64,000 bases of DNA from Lama glama (taxonomy: Eukaryota). The stretch spans positions 83,082,001 to 83,146,000 of the forward strand of contig CM052817.1 in the NCBI GenBank assembly GCA_028534125.1. The letters are read 5' to 3'. The number at the start of each line of letters is the position of its first letter. The stretch's first letter is position 1. The notes below the pieces were generated by a model. That model was not told the origin of the DNA. It worked only from the letters and a program-made list of their open reading frames with translations, and searched no databases. A program made the position numbers and the translations under genes. Below are positions 12,273 to 25,599 of the stretch, one piece after another.

Positions 12273-13610
12273 CTGGCATTAAATAAAATTGTTCAACATA
12301 TCTTTGGATAACATTTGAAAGGCACCCAAATAAAGTAAGTTATTGACATGTTACATAGTGGAATTTTCCAGCTATGAACAAATTGAGATTGCTTCTTATA
12401 AACAATGTCATAAATCCATGTACCAACTCACTGGAATTTAACCCATCCACTGTAAATCTATCCATTAACATAAAGGTAATGAGTGTCTATAGTTTGTAAG
12501 GTTTCTATTCCTCATGCAAGATGTTAAAGGAAAGGAAGTGCGTAGTTTGACTAAAATTAAGGTTCAATTTTAAAAATTGCACACCATGTTACATTAAAGA
12601 CAAAAAGTCACAATTACAAAGTACCTCTGGATGGTTCATCCTTAGTCTAGTGACACTACTTGGTGTAACTGCTGCAAACTAATCAGCCACTGTGAAGGGC
12701 TAATAATTAGAGGACATGCTGCTGTGTAAGGCTGGCCTGGTTTCCAGCTGTGCCAGCTTACTCACCCTCTTGCTTGAATCTAAGTAAGATCCTTGTGTAT
12801 CAGATACAGACTCTGGTAAAGTCCATGTGTCAATTTTCCCAGGAATCTTTCCAAGAAATCAAATCTGCCTGGTCTTAATAAAACTGTTCGCAGTATGACT
12901 GCTGAGAGGGACCCAGGAAAAATGCATGGAAGCTCTCACAACCACAGACAAATCACGAGGTCACTACTACAGTCCTTTAGCTGTTATGAAAATAGCATGA
13001 ACTCAAATAATCCCAAATAAAGCAAATTTAAGTTTGTGAACAAAAACAAAAGAGAAGGAAACAAGGCAGTTATAGAAAACCAGTTTGTCAATGAATAAAA
13101 TCGAAGCATCAGGATTTTCTTATAGACTAGCCCTCTCTATTGTAAAAATTAAACATGCAAATGACTTTTCTAACACACTGTCTTCAAAGAAAAAAAAACA
13201 ACCTAATTTTATCTAGGCTACAAGTAGCATTACTCCCATTTCACAGATTTTTTTGAAAGAAAAAAAAATTCCTAAGTTCCTAAGGCGCAAGCATGAATTG
13301 ATAGAAATAGAACGGAAACATTTATAATTTTTTTTTTAAAACAAGTCAGGCCAAAGGGTTCTAAAGGAAACTCTAAGGAGACAAAATCACAAACGTGTGG
13401 TGTTCTCCAATTGTGGATAAAAATCTGCCAGCTGAATCATGCACACTGATGTGAAAACACTGGGGAAACCAGTCCTTTGTGAACCCTCAAAAAGAGAGTC
13501 CATATACATCCTTTTATTCTTAATTTTCCTTTAACAAGATCCTTCATCCCTCAGACTTAGAAATCACTCAATTTAACTTAACAATTTACATTATATCTCT
13601 GTTTCTAACT

Positions 13611-14065
13611 TGTGTTAGTTACCAGTACTACTGTATCAAAGTGCCTAAAACAGCACAGATACAGCATCTTATGCTTCTGAAGGTCAGTTCTGAAGCAGGC
13701 CTCACTGAGCTAAAATCAAGGTGTCAGCAGGGTGGCATTGTTTCTGAGGCTCTGGGGAGAATCTCATTCTGGGCTTTTCACTTTTCTAAAGGCCACTTGT
13801 TTTCCTTGAGACATGGCCCTCTTGCTCCATATTCAGAGCCAGCAATGGCCAGGTAAGTCTTTCTCACATGGTATTACTCGGACTCTTCCACCTCTCTCTT
13901 CCGCATGAAGGACGCTTGTAATTACTGCATAATCCAGGCCACGCTCCCAGTTTTAAAGTCAACTGATCACCAACCTTAATTCCACTGGAAACCTTAATTC
14001 CTCTTTGCCACGTAACCTAACATAATAAAAGGTACTGAGGGTGAAAATAAATGCATCTTTGGGGG
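13611..14065 (-). mobile_element. MaLR LTR, MLT1C-like
   Basis: CTCACTGAGCTAAAATCAAGGTGTCAGCAGGG..AACCTTAATTCC..TTTGCCACGTAACCTAACATA..CATCTTTGGGGG. Confidence 0.85.
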
Positions 14066-15112
14066 TGCAGGGTGGGGGTGGGGAGCAGGAATCAAAGTTT
14101 ATACACATGAAAATATTATAGGCTAGTTTGGTGAGTTTGGTGTGAGAACACAACAGTAGGAATTACCAAAACTTCAATTTTGGTTCTGACCCTACAACAA
14201 GTGCATGCTATCTATGATCTTCATCAAATAAATCATGCAGTCTCTCTGGGCCTCAGCTAGTAAATTTTTAAACACTCATTTATCCTGAAACACTTAATTA
14301 AATTGAATTCATCTGACTTATTTGCACTGTTAAATAATAAATTTTAAATTTATCACAGAAAACGTAAGACAGATTTTCAACAAAGGGCTTATGTTCAGAG
14401 TTTCATATTCATGCCATCCTGAAGCTCTCTTCCTATTTTCTTAAATTTTACCAGCACTGAAAACATTTTGATTGTGAAGTCATGATCTATAGTAATTATG
14501 ATCTTTGTAAACCTACCTAGAAGTGACTGTTCAGTACATGATATTTCTAAAATTCATCTCATTTAGCACAGGAAACAGCTTCCTATTTTTTAATATATTA
14601 CTACTATCATTAAATTGTCTGAACTTCAAAAGTTCAATTTCTCAGTCTAGGCATTAAAATTTTATCTACACTGACCAAAACATGCAGAGAAAGAAACAGA
14701 ATAACTCAAACACCACAAATAATGCTATAGCTGAGATACATATATACATTTCACTATGATACATATTGAAACATAGTTCACTTGAAGTAATCATGTTGTG
14801 TTAATTATAGGTATATAAATTTAGAATTTCAATTTCAAATGACAAGGAGAATGATCTGGGACTCAAACACTTAAAGCATTCTAACAGAGTAAAACTGGGT
14901 CCCTTGGTCTTAACCACAGTTAAAATTGAAATATTGTTCTATTCTACTTCTCAATATTTTTGGAGAAAAAAATAAGAATCTTTGGAGAGCTTCTAGTAAG
15001 ACAGTGAGCACTATCAATGAGTGAGGAGACAGTGGTGCCTCAGTCTTACCAATATACTAGGCTTTCCAGAAAGCAAGTGTGAATTGAGTTTGTCCAAAGG
15101 ACAATATTCAAC

Positions 15113-15709
15113 TGCTACCAAACAAGATTTTTTTTTCTTATGCAGGAAAGAATTTAAGAGTGATGCATAGTAAAGTGAAATAGATTTCTTCAGAGAGATA
15201 CACACTCCATAGACAGAGCGTGGTCCCTCTCACTCAGAAGGGAGCGGCTTAAGAGATACACACTCCATAGGCAGAATGTGGACCATCTCAAAAAGCAGGC
15301 AAAGGGAGAGAGGCCAAGAGGTGCAGGGGTATTTAGTTTAAAGTAAAAGTAGATAAACACTCCATAGACAAGAGTACAGGCCTTCTCAGAAGGCAAAAGA
15401 GAGAGAGGGACCACGAGGTGTCAGTTGTTAGCTTTTATGGGCTTAGTGATTTCATATGCTAATGAGTAGGAGAACAATTCCAACTATTTGGGGGAAGGGG
15501 TAGGGATTTCCAGGAATTGAGACATACCCACTTTCTGGCCTTTTATGGTCAGCCTAGGAACTGTCATGGTGCCTGTGGGTGTGCCGTGAGGCTCAAGTCC
15601 TACTGGAAGTGAAATCTTCGGCCATCTTGGTTCTCACCAGTTTGTCCTGTCCTCAATTGCTGTGTCATTCCTGTAATGACTGTGCCCCGCCCTCTTCCCT
15701 TCCATCCCA
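15113..15709 (-). mobile_element. ERV1-class solo LTR (cetartiodactyl type)
   Basis: TG...CA termini flanked by a 4-bp TSD CAAC (15109-15112 and 15710-15713). Minus start TGGGATGGAAGGGAAGAGGGCGGGGCACAG. Three internal copies of AGATA(C/A)ACACTCCATAG. Confidence 0.8.
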
Positions 15710-16039
15710 CAACTAGTCTGTTTTGAACAAAATATAACCTAACTAGTACTACAAAATTGGAAAAAATGTATAAGTTCCTGTATCTTGGCAGGAAAAAGAA
15801 AACAGTTTAGATCTCTATCTCTATCCTAGTCGTGCCTTTATATTAAATATTTCCTATTTAACCTTTGTATACCTTCTATATAACTCTGATAAGGAAGGGT
15901 TTTATTTTTTAAGGGTCAATTCAGTTGAAATAGCATTAAAAAAAAAAACCAGGATGTGATATTTCCCCATTGGGGGGAACAAGCTTAAAACATGTCACAT
16001 CATTTAATGAATAACTTATACCTTTTTTAATTTCCTTCA

Positions 16040-17105
16040 GTTCAGGACAACAGCAGACACATAGATCAATGGAACAGGATAGAGAGCTCGGAAGTAAACC
16101 CACGCTTGCACTGGCTAAGGAGACAAGAATATACAATAGAGAAAAGAAAGCCTCTTCAATAAGTGCTGTTACATGTGGATATGTAAAAGAATAAAACTAA
16201 AATATATTCTCACACCATATTCAAAAATAAACTCAAAACAGATTAAACATTTAGATTTAATCACCTTAAATTATTAAACTTAAATGTAATCACCAGGGAA
16301 ATTCAAATCAAACTACTTTAAGATATAATCTCACCTCTGTCCAAATGGCTATTATCAAAAATAGAATTAGTAATAAGTGTTGGCCAGACTTGGAGAGAAT
16401 GGAACCTTGTGCACTGTCGGTTGAAATGTATATTGGTTCAGCGACTACAGAAAACAGCACAGATGTTCTTCAAAAAACTATTAATAGAACTACCATAAGA
16501 TCCAGCAGTTCTACTTCTTGGCTTTTCCAAAGCAGATAAAAGCACTAATTATATATGTATCCCTATCTTCATTGCAGCACGAATCACAATAGCCAAGATA
16601 TGATAGCATCCTAAGTGCCCAATGGATTATTACTCAGCCATAAAAAATAATAAAAATTGTTTCCATTTGAGACAACATGGATGGACCTGTAGGGTACTGT
16701 GCTAAATTAAATAAGTCAGGCAGGGAAAGACAAATACAGTATTTCACTTATATGTGAAACCTAAGAACAAAACAACCAAACAAACATAACAAAACAGAAA
16801 TCAGAGTCACAGATACAGAGAATAAACAGGTGGTTTTCAGAGAGGAGAGGATGGTGAGATGAGTGAAACAGTAGAGGGAGATTAGTAGATACAAACTTCC
16901 AGTTACACAATAAATGAGTCTTGGGGTTGACATGTACAGAGTGGGGAACATAGTCATTGATAACATAAGATACTGTTCTGTGGTGACAGATTGTAATTAG
17001 ACTTATCATAATGATCACTTTGTAATGTGTGGAAATATTGAATTGCTATGTTATACACCAGGAATTAACATAGTGTTGTACATCAGTTATACTTCATAAT
17101 AAAAA
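16040..17105 (+). mobile_element. L1 ORF2 fragments and 3' end (L1MA9-like)
   Basis: CAGACACATAGATCAATGGAACAG..CACACCATATTCAAAAATAAACTCAAA..AATGGCTATTATCAAAAA..3'UTR ending TATACTTCATAATAAAAAAA; degenerate ORF2 peptide MAIIKN..NKCW. Confidence 0.9.
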
Positions 17106-17109
17106 AAAT

Positions 17110-17500
17110 AAACAAGCAAATTTATTAAAAAATAGGTCTAATTTGTGATTACCAAAGATTGGGGTGGGGAGATAATTGGATGAAGTTGGTCAAAAGTCAC
17201 AAACTTCCAGTTACAAGATATCTAAGTATTAGAGATGTAATGTACAACATGATTAATATATTTAACACTGCTGTATGTTCTATATGGAAATTCTTTAAAG
17301 AGTAAATCTTAAGAGTTCTTATCACAAGGAAAAACATTTTTTTCTTTTTCTTTCATTTTGTATCTATATGAGATGATGAATATTCACTAAACTTACTGTG
17401 GTAATCATTTCATAATGTATGTAAGTCAAATCATTATACTGTATACCTTAAACTTATACAGTGTTGTATGGTAATTTTATCTCAATAAAACTGGATAAAA
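17110..17500 (+). mobile_element. Second L1 3'UTR (L1MA9/10-like)
   Basis: ACAAACTTCCAGTTACAAGATA..GTATACCTTAAACTTATACAGTG..TATCTCAATAAAACTGG. Confidence 0.85.
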
Positions 17501-20500
17501 TTAATTAAAAGATTTGAGTGAAAAAAAGAACTAACTCACATTCACTATATTTTATGAAGAAAAATTATGAACATTCTGGTTTGACTGATATTCCAAAGAA
17601 TAATTGTTTTACCCTGAAAATTCAAGTAGAAACAGAAACAGAATTTGATACATTTAATCAGGAATTTTAAGATGAGAGAGGTAAGAAAGTTTCAAGGCTA
17701 TAGTTCTGAATCACATTTCAGGCTTCTGTGTGATGTATGAACACCTTCTGAAGGAAAAATACTAATTTATAAGGCACTTGTGTTTTTAAAAGAGAAATTT
17801 CCCCTCCAATGTAAACTAGTGAAAGTTGAATTCCAGCTGGATATTTTTCTGTTCTTTCCAACTGTGATTCACTAGTATTAGACTAAACAGATAAAAGTGA
17901 CTTAAAATAATTAAAAATACTTAGTTTAGAAAAAATGCATATAATAATAATTCTGGTATATACAAATCTGGCACTCCCATGAATACTTTATTAGGGAAAA
18001 ATCTGTGCTATAGAAAAGTATGGTTTATCTCTATATAATTAGAATCACTGCATTACTCTGTAAATGTCAATATCTCCCCTCTTATTGTGAGAAACGGAGA
18101 AAATAAGTCAAAAGAGAATCTTTATAAAAGCACTTTGAGTGAGAAATATAAATTCTGTTATAAAATTGAAAATACTTAAAAGGCCAAAACTATTTTGTGG
18201 AGCTCATAAATGATTTCATCTTAAATCAAGATATACACAGTCTGAATTTTATGTTCTTTTCTAAGAAGAATGCCACTATTGCCTATATTTTCTATATTAA
18301 AAAAAAATGCTACTTCAAAATTTAAATATTTGGATCTGCTCCAAAATACTATAACTAATTTATGAATTAAATAGAATTAGTCAAGTCTTTTTTTTGAAAT
18401 CTTTATATTTTATTCATAATTAAGAGTTATTATTTTTCAGAGCAAACTGAACATAAAAGTTATTTTAACTTGGGAGATGTTTTATTCACCAATACATACC
18501 TAAGATCAAAACACGACATGCAGCAGGCACTCAAAATTTTTTATTAAAATAATAAATCAATCACACAAATGTTTATAAGTATGTATATAAGTTCATTAAC
18601 CTAACTTTCATAAAACTTGATATATGATTACTCCCTTGAAAAAATGTTAAATCAGCACCCTAAAAATGTATTATATCATATCCCTCATTTACTATGTTGA
18701 TGGAATTTGAAGTTGAAAACTCTCCTGCAAAATAGATTTCTGATTTGCTAAAACGTTGTTAAAAGCTCAGGTTTTGTTTTTTGGTGCCAATTGGGGGAAA
18801 ATGTTACTAGTGGTTTTGAACTGAATTTTATCTTGCACATGTGAATTAAATTATATTTTTCTTGGTTTCAGATGAATAAACACATTTCCCCCATGGCACT
18901 GTGCCAGTAGAATAATGCACCTGGAATATGTTAATTTTCTTAATGACCTCACAGTCAGTCATAATAAGCTAATCACCTCCAGACAACAAGATTAACATGA
19001 TTTGTACATTCAGAAAAAAAAGGACTTAAATGCCAACTTAATTACTATTGAAATTCATCTCCTTATTTATTAATTTAAGTTCCAAATTTTATATGACAGT
19101 ATTTTCTCCCATAATTCTAATTGTTTCTTATTTTCTGATACTATTCAATCATCAAGTTGGTTTGACATACACTCTTAAAACAACCTTTAGAATTGTATGG
19201 TCTTATTTAAAATGCTGGCAAAAGGGCCTGTGTGCATGTTCAGTAATTCAGGTCAAGCTAATGGCACCACATGTGTTTTCTGTTATGATATGGTTACAAT
19301 TTTACATGTAGAAAATGTGGAATATATGTATTTTTTCAACTCTTTTTATCCACATCCTCTAAAAATTTTACCCCCGATGCAATCTTATGCTTAGCACTAC
19401 CTAAAGAATTGAGCCAAAACTATCAATTCCTTTATTTTTGTCCCATCAAAACCACAGGTTTCACTTGACAGCAGAACCCATAAACAGGTTAGAATTTTTT
19501 ATACCTATATAGAGCAGTAAATAAAGTATCTGCTCCCTGATTTCTTTTCACCTAGTGTTCTCTATATTGCCATAAGTGAGAAATTAATAAATATATTTCC
19601 TGTGGTCAGAATTATTTGACATCTATATACAAAAGAAGAAACAAAATTAAAATAGTTCAGGAGTGTAATTCAATAGATGTATCCATTTTGAAGCCTAAGC
19701 TGTACATACATGCAAATTGAATATTATTTCAAATAGTTATAAACAGTTTATAATTGTTTCAGGGTTTGAATCAGTCAGCCAAGTTAAAGCCCCATTACTT
19801 AGGGGGAAAAATTGATGACAAAAGCAACAATCCATGAATATTTCGCAATTCTTAGAAAAGTCTATTTCATTTTCAGTTTGTTAAACAGAACCAGTGATTT
19901 GTCACAAAAGAAGTAAAGCATTACAGATACCCCCACCAATCTGGAGTTCTTGCTAAGCTGCTAATTTTTCTCCAAATGAAGTTAGTGTCAAGGAACAGAA
20001 AACAGACTGTACGTAACAGGAGTCTGTCATCACAAAGAACCCAAAGGAAACAGCATCGAAGGATACAGCAGAAGTGGGGGTCATTTTGATTAATATATCA
20101 GTCATTATATTGGGGCTTGTAATAAGCTCAGAAACTTGACTGTCCTGCTGGCTCACTATCATGCCTTGCTTTCAGGTTATTCTCCACTGATTCCGTCATA
20201 TAAAAGTAATAGCCTTTGAAAAAGAGTGGCCCAGGCAGAATAAATTAGGAGAGAAATGAACATTTTTCCACATGTACTAAAGGTTGTGATACAACGCATG
20301 CGGTCACAACTGAGAGTAATTTTAACACCAAGTAGCCTTTTTCTTGTCACACTTTGTCAGTTTCTTGAAGTGGGTATGATTTTTGTATATTACTTTCCCC
20401 TTATACATATGGGATTATATTAGACCCGCTCAATATCTTATTTGTTCGGTTAATAATGCACAGTAAGTAGTTAACTTTTGAGAAAGATCCCAGTGCTATT

Positions 20501-20574
20501 TTTTTTAAAAGGCCACAATCCCCAAGCAGATTATTTTGAAGACCTGACACGTCTTCCATAATGTCCAAGGCAAT

Positions 20575-20715
20575 ACGGTTTAGCATAAGAAGCTTGGGCC
20601 TTGGAAAGCTGCAGATCTTCATTCAAATGTCAGCTGTGCCACCTTCTAGTTTCTAATTTCAGTCAAGTTATTTAACTCTACTGAATTCAATTTTCTCACT
20701 GGTAAAATGAAAACT
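20575..20715 (+). mobile_element. MIR fragment
   Basis: TTCAAATGTCAGCTGTGCCAC..CAAGTTATTTAACTCTACTGAATTCAATTTTCTCACTGGTAAAATG. Confidence 0.7.
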
Positions 20716-21166
20716 GGTGGGAGAGAATATCAGGAGCGAAATGTCTCCCTTGGAAGCCAGCAGGCCTTTCTTCTCTGTGTTGGCAACATGCTACTTTCTA
20801 GATTTTTTAACTGCCGCCTGGTGACAGGAACCTAGCGGAGAGCCTGGATAATAGGAGGTGAGGTGATCAGCTGATTTTACTTCCCTTTCCTGATAAGTCA
20901 TTAAAATTAATAACTTAATTATATCATTACCTACTACCAAAATATTAAATCAATCAAGAGTTGGGCAATGTGTCACTATAATGAGCTTGAAATATATTAA
21001 TTTACATGAAATCACTGACTCTGTAAGTCACATTAGGAGATTTTCATATGTCCTAATTTGTCCAAGAAAATTAAATGTTCAGGTTCTGTAAGAGAAACTA
21101 AATGAACTGTGGCTTCACCACTGCACTGGGCAGTTACATAGTAATAAATCAACCCATCCTTCAGTC

Positions 21167-21385
21167 CAAGGATCTACAAACTTTCTGCAAAGACCAGATG
21201 CTAATTATTTTAGGCTTTGCATGCCATATGGTCTTTGTTGCAACTACGAGACTCTGCCTTCATAGTATAAAATCAGCCATAGACAGCAGGTAAACAAACA
21301 GGTATGGCTGTGTTATGAAAACTTAATTTACAGAAATTGGTGATGGACCAGATTTGACTCACAGGCTGTAGTTTTCCAACTTCTG
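21167..21385. mobile_element. hAT-Charlie MITE, MER58A
   Basis: Degenerate TIRs CAAGGATCTACAAAC / GTTTTCCAACTTCTG; internal TATTTTAGGCTTTGC..CAGCCATAGACA..ATGGCTGTGTT. Confidence 0.85.
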
Positions 21386-24300
21386 TCAATACTGATGACA
21401 TCTCAATACTCCACAAATTATCACTTACATCATTTCTTATATTCTTGATATTTCCTATCAGTCAGAAAGAGGACCACAACTATATGTAGACATAGAGAAA
21501 ACATATTAAAGGAACAATTACATATTAAATGAATCTAAACACATTCTTCTTAAAAATGTTTAGTAGTAAAATATAGAAGAGTGTATCAAGAAAGGTGGCT
21601 AAATTTATAACTTAGTGGTATGATCCCCAACTAGCATAAAAACCCAATATAAACATCTTCCAACCCCAAAGGCCACAGTTTAAGGCTCCAGTCAATCAAG
21701 AGGGAATTTTAAATAATAATTTTTCATTAACTGGTATGCCAGCTACAAGTTACACCAATAACCAGTCAAGAACACAGAAAATTGTCACTAGGTAACTATA
21801 GTAGCTGGAAATAACATGAAAAACTGAAACAAAATATTTTTAATCTGTCCACTCATTTGCAATTGGATTAAGCCCAAGAATTATAAATCACTGGTTCTAC
21901 AAATGCAAAAGAATTTTTAGATGTTTGAACAAATGGAAATAACAAGGATACTGCCGAACATTTGGTAAGCCTCCCCCACAAAGTATGTTTCAAACCACAG
22001 AATCTGAAAACAAAGCTAACAGACGTAAAAGATAATTATGTGAAGACAGTAGAATGGTTTTCCTCCATTGCACGAAAGGTCTTTCTAAAGATCAACATTA
22101 AAATAATCAACTTTTTTTTCCAATTGGTCAATAAGCTCTCTTGTTAAACTGTGAACTCAGAGGCATGAACAATATATTATTCATCATTTCTGTAAGTACA
22201 TGACATGAATAATATAGGTACACTAGCTAAAAATAGTATGTACTAAGCAAATTGTTATTCAATTACATTTAAAAATCTACTAGCCTTAATAGAGCATAGA
22301 AATCACAAAGTTGCTCATTATGTTATCATCTTAAAATCCACTCATCCAAATAGCAGGATATTCCCTGAAAGTATAAAACTCTATCTTCTGTCCCTCAGTG
22401 ATGTGCTGCAAAGACCGAAGTTCCCATGAGAAGAATGGAGACTTCAGAGCTGCACCACTCGGCGATTCAACGCAGGCTCCTGCCCCTCTTAATTAAACGA
22501 ATCCCTCAGCACTGCACCAGCAGGCTGCTTTCCAAGACAGAAGAGATGTCACACAGATGTTTCCAACAAAGCTTCCAAAAGTTTACCTTGCTGGGAAAGA
22601 ATGACTCCATTCACAGTAAGAATTTTACCAATCCTATAAGAATGAACACGAGCAAAAGGGTCGGAATTTGCCTCTTCTTAAAGGAAAACACACATACAAC
22701 ATACAACCAGACACGTATTCAGAGTGTCCAGATGTCTTTACCGTGCAGGGGAATAATTTTTTAAACTCCACAGAAATGAAAAAAGGCACTGAGAGAACTA
22801 TGAGAAGGTGTTACACATCTGAGACGTGAGAATACACAGACCTCTCTTGGATTGCCAACTTGATTAGCTCTTCTCTTTTACAGAAAGATGCTTCAGCCAT
22901 CGACATGCCAAAAGAAGGACCCAAAACTATGCCTGATTTCTGGTCAAAGGTGAAAGAAAGAAATGCCAAGAAGACAAATACTTACAGAAGAGATCTGTGA
23001 AAAAAGTCAGTAAAGATAGGTTTTATAGATCTGCAGTACAGAAGATGAAATCTGGTGTGGGATAGAGCATGTCTGCTTGTGAATTTTAATGCAGATGATG
23101 GAACAAGAGGGCATACATAAAAATTAGGGAAAATCTGATTTGAAACAGATGTCATGCAGCCCTTCACTGCAAAGAGTCATAAATGAATGAACAGAATATC
23201 AGGCAGAAAAAAACTGTCCAGGTGAAGAATACTGAATCTGTTTTAAAAAACTGCATATCATCCATATTATAAAGTATGGGGAGGCATCACTGGATGACTA
23301 TAACCAACTTACTCAAATTTGAATGTTAATTAACTTTTAGGTTTATTACTTCAGAACAACACAACAAAGGTGTTCCTTATTAACAAATGATGATAATAAA
23401 ACCCAAAATTGGCATGTGGATGAGATTCTGGGTTTCTCATTTGGAGTCTGTCACTCTACTGTCTTGGCATCATAGCCATACATAATGAATTGAGATTTCC
23501 ATGTTATAAAAACTTAAATTATTGTGAAGACTAGAGTTCTAGAACATGTTGTTTTTTTTTTTAAGTAAGCAAGGAGAAAAGTTCCTTCGTTGCTGCTGTA
23601 ATCTAAGTCTAACACAGCAATTCTCCTGAGGAATTTTTCTGTTTCATTTAACAGACACTTGAAATTGAGTTAACTGAACTTTTCTAATTGGCTACAAGAA
23701 ATTTTAGAACTGTATTTAGCACTCAGTCAAAGCACTTGAGTAACTTGTGACATAGGCATTGCTGTCTTGTGCCTACTCCCTCTCTATTTAATGTCATTTC
23801 CCTACAATGGCTTTACTTTCTTCTTTTGCAAATACTTTTTAGCATTATCTAATTTGCTCTATTTTACATAACTTTTTTATGTCACTTTAAAATGATTTCA
23901 GACAAAAGGAAATACAATTAATTAATTACTTGGATCCTTCCCATAGAACTGCACAATAAAACATGAGAGCCCTGATCACTCCTTTATTTTATCTCAATTC
24001 AGTTCATATTGGTCTTAATACAAGACATCCAGAAAACATAATTTAATGGCTAGCCAATATTGTCCTCTTGTTTCAAATGAGAACAAAGAGATTCAATAAA
24101 TATAAAACAACAAAGCAAACATCAAATCTACAGAATGAATACAGAAACTGAGAATTCTCTGAAAATCCCATTTTATTAAACACTCATCCATACATCCATG
24201 CTTCATGGGGATTCAGAAGAAGTCTGTGCCCCTGTAGCTCCCAGCCCAATGTCTCAGCAATAAATCTTGCTTTCAGCATCATGGTGCAAACCCCCAGCCT

Positions 24301-25599
24301 TTGTCAGGATTCACACTTGACAATACTTATTCACTGAAATTGGCATAGACAGACGGTACACCACTTGCTATGGGATGAAGAGGAAGGGAAAACCTCTAGT
24401 TGCTTCCTCATAGTGCTACCATTTTTTCTTCTTTCATTTTTATACTTCTTGTCCCAGAAGCTCTTTCCTAAAACTCACAATCACAAAACCAAGCCCACAT
24501 AGCTCTTGTGGTACCCAGTGAATTCACTGCTTATATACTACTTGATTTTTAATTGCATGTGTTTAGGATAGGAGGAAATAAAAAAGGCACAGTGGGATTT
24601 CATGGATTCTAAATTCTGAAACAGTCATATACAATATCCTGACAAAATCTATATTCCTTTCATCTCTTCCTTAATAATCTTTTTTAATAGACCAGGCATT
24701 AGCACTTCTCATCTTTCACCTCATCCCAGCAAAACAGAAACTACAAATATAGTTTAACAGAAGGAGCATATTTACCTGCTATGCATCTGTGTACTAAACC
24801 AATGTTTCAACTTTCCAGCTTCCTATATACCTACCAAATTTCTCTCATTTGTTTCCCACTGGAGAGAATGTCATTCTGATACAAACTTATTTTTCATAAA
24901 CCTTTTGAAACAAAAAGTTTACAGAAATACAGCCAGAGAACAGAGGAACGATAAAAAGAAGGGGAAAATGACTTAACAAGAGGATCACCTTGATATCAGG
25001 GGAGCTTTTTCAAAATACACAGACGTTTCTTCTTTCCCCTGCACTCCAAATTCTAAAGTACTCTTTTTTTACATGGAATAGGCTAAGAAAAGGAAAAAAG
25101 TTCCTAGTTTTATCATCTCTTGTTAAGGTTCTATGAAGGACTAATTAGTGTGTTAAACCACTGTTTACAAGGCCATTGAGTGTGCTTTATCTTTGATAAT
25201 TCAGAAGCTGTAATCTGAAAGAACAGGCTACTATCTCCACCAACCAGATAAAGTAATTTTCCAGGAATGTACTGTGAGGGACAGAGAAACAATACCATAG
25301 AGATCAAATAAAACTGACTTGGGGTTTTCCACTGTTATGGCTTGGTTGATACAGAGAAAAGAATATCCTAAGCATAACCCATCTGATCATAAAGTATTTC
25401 ACATTACCATACTACTTGGTATTCTATGGTAGGAAACAAAACTGTGCCAAAATTATGTTCTAGAGGACAGTAAGAGGGGAAAATATACTAGCAAATTGCT
25501 CATTCATTGGAATCCAGTCAATTCTTAGACTAACGTTGCCAATTCACATATTCTTAATCTAATAGATGTAAATTCAACATTAAGAGCAGTAACTCCACA

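Noticed and set aside
12780..12899. Minus-strand peptide VILRTVLLRPGRFDFLERFLGKL contains LLRPGRFD, the AAA-ATPase second-region-of-homology motif
   Set aside because: Flanks do not resemble AAA proteins (no TNRxDxLDxA before, no RxI after), the frame stops within the candidate exon, and no Walker A/B sequence is nearby. Treated as coincidence.
15194..15375. Direct repeats with spacers, superficially CRISPR-like
   Set aside because: Only three copies, irregular spacing, related spacers, inside a mammalian LTR, and no cas genes.
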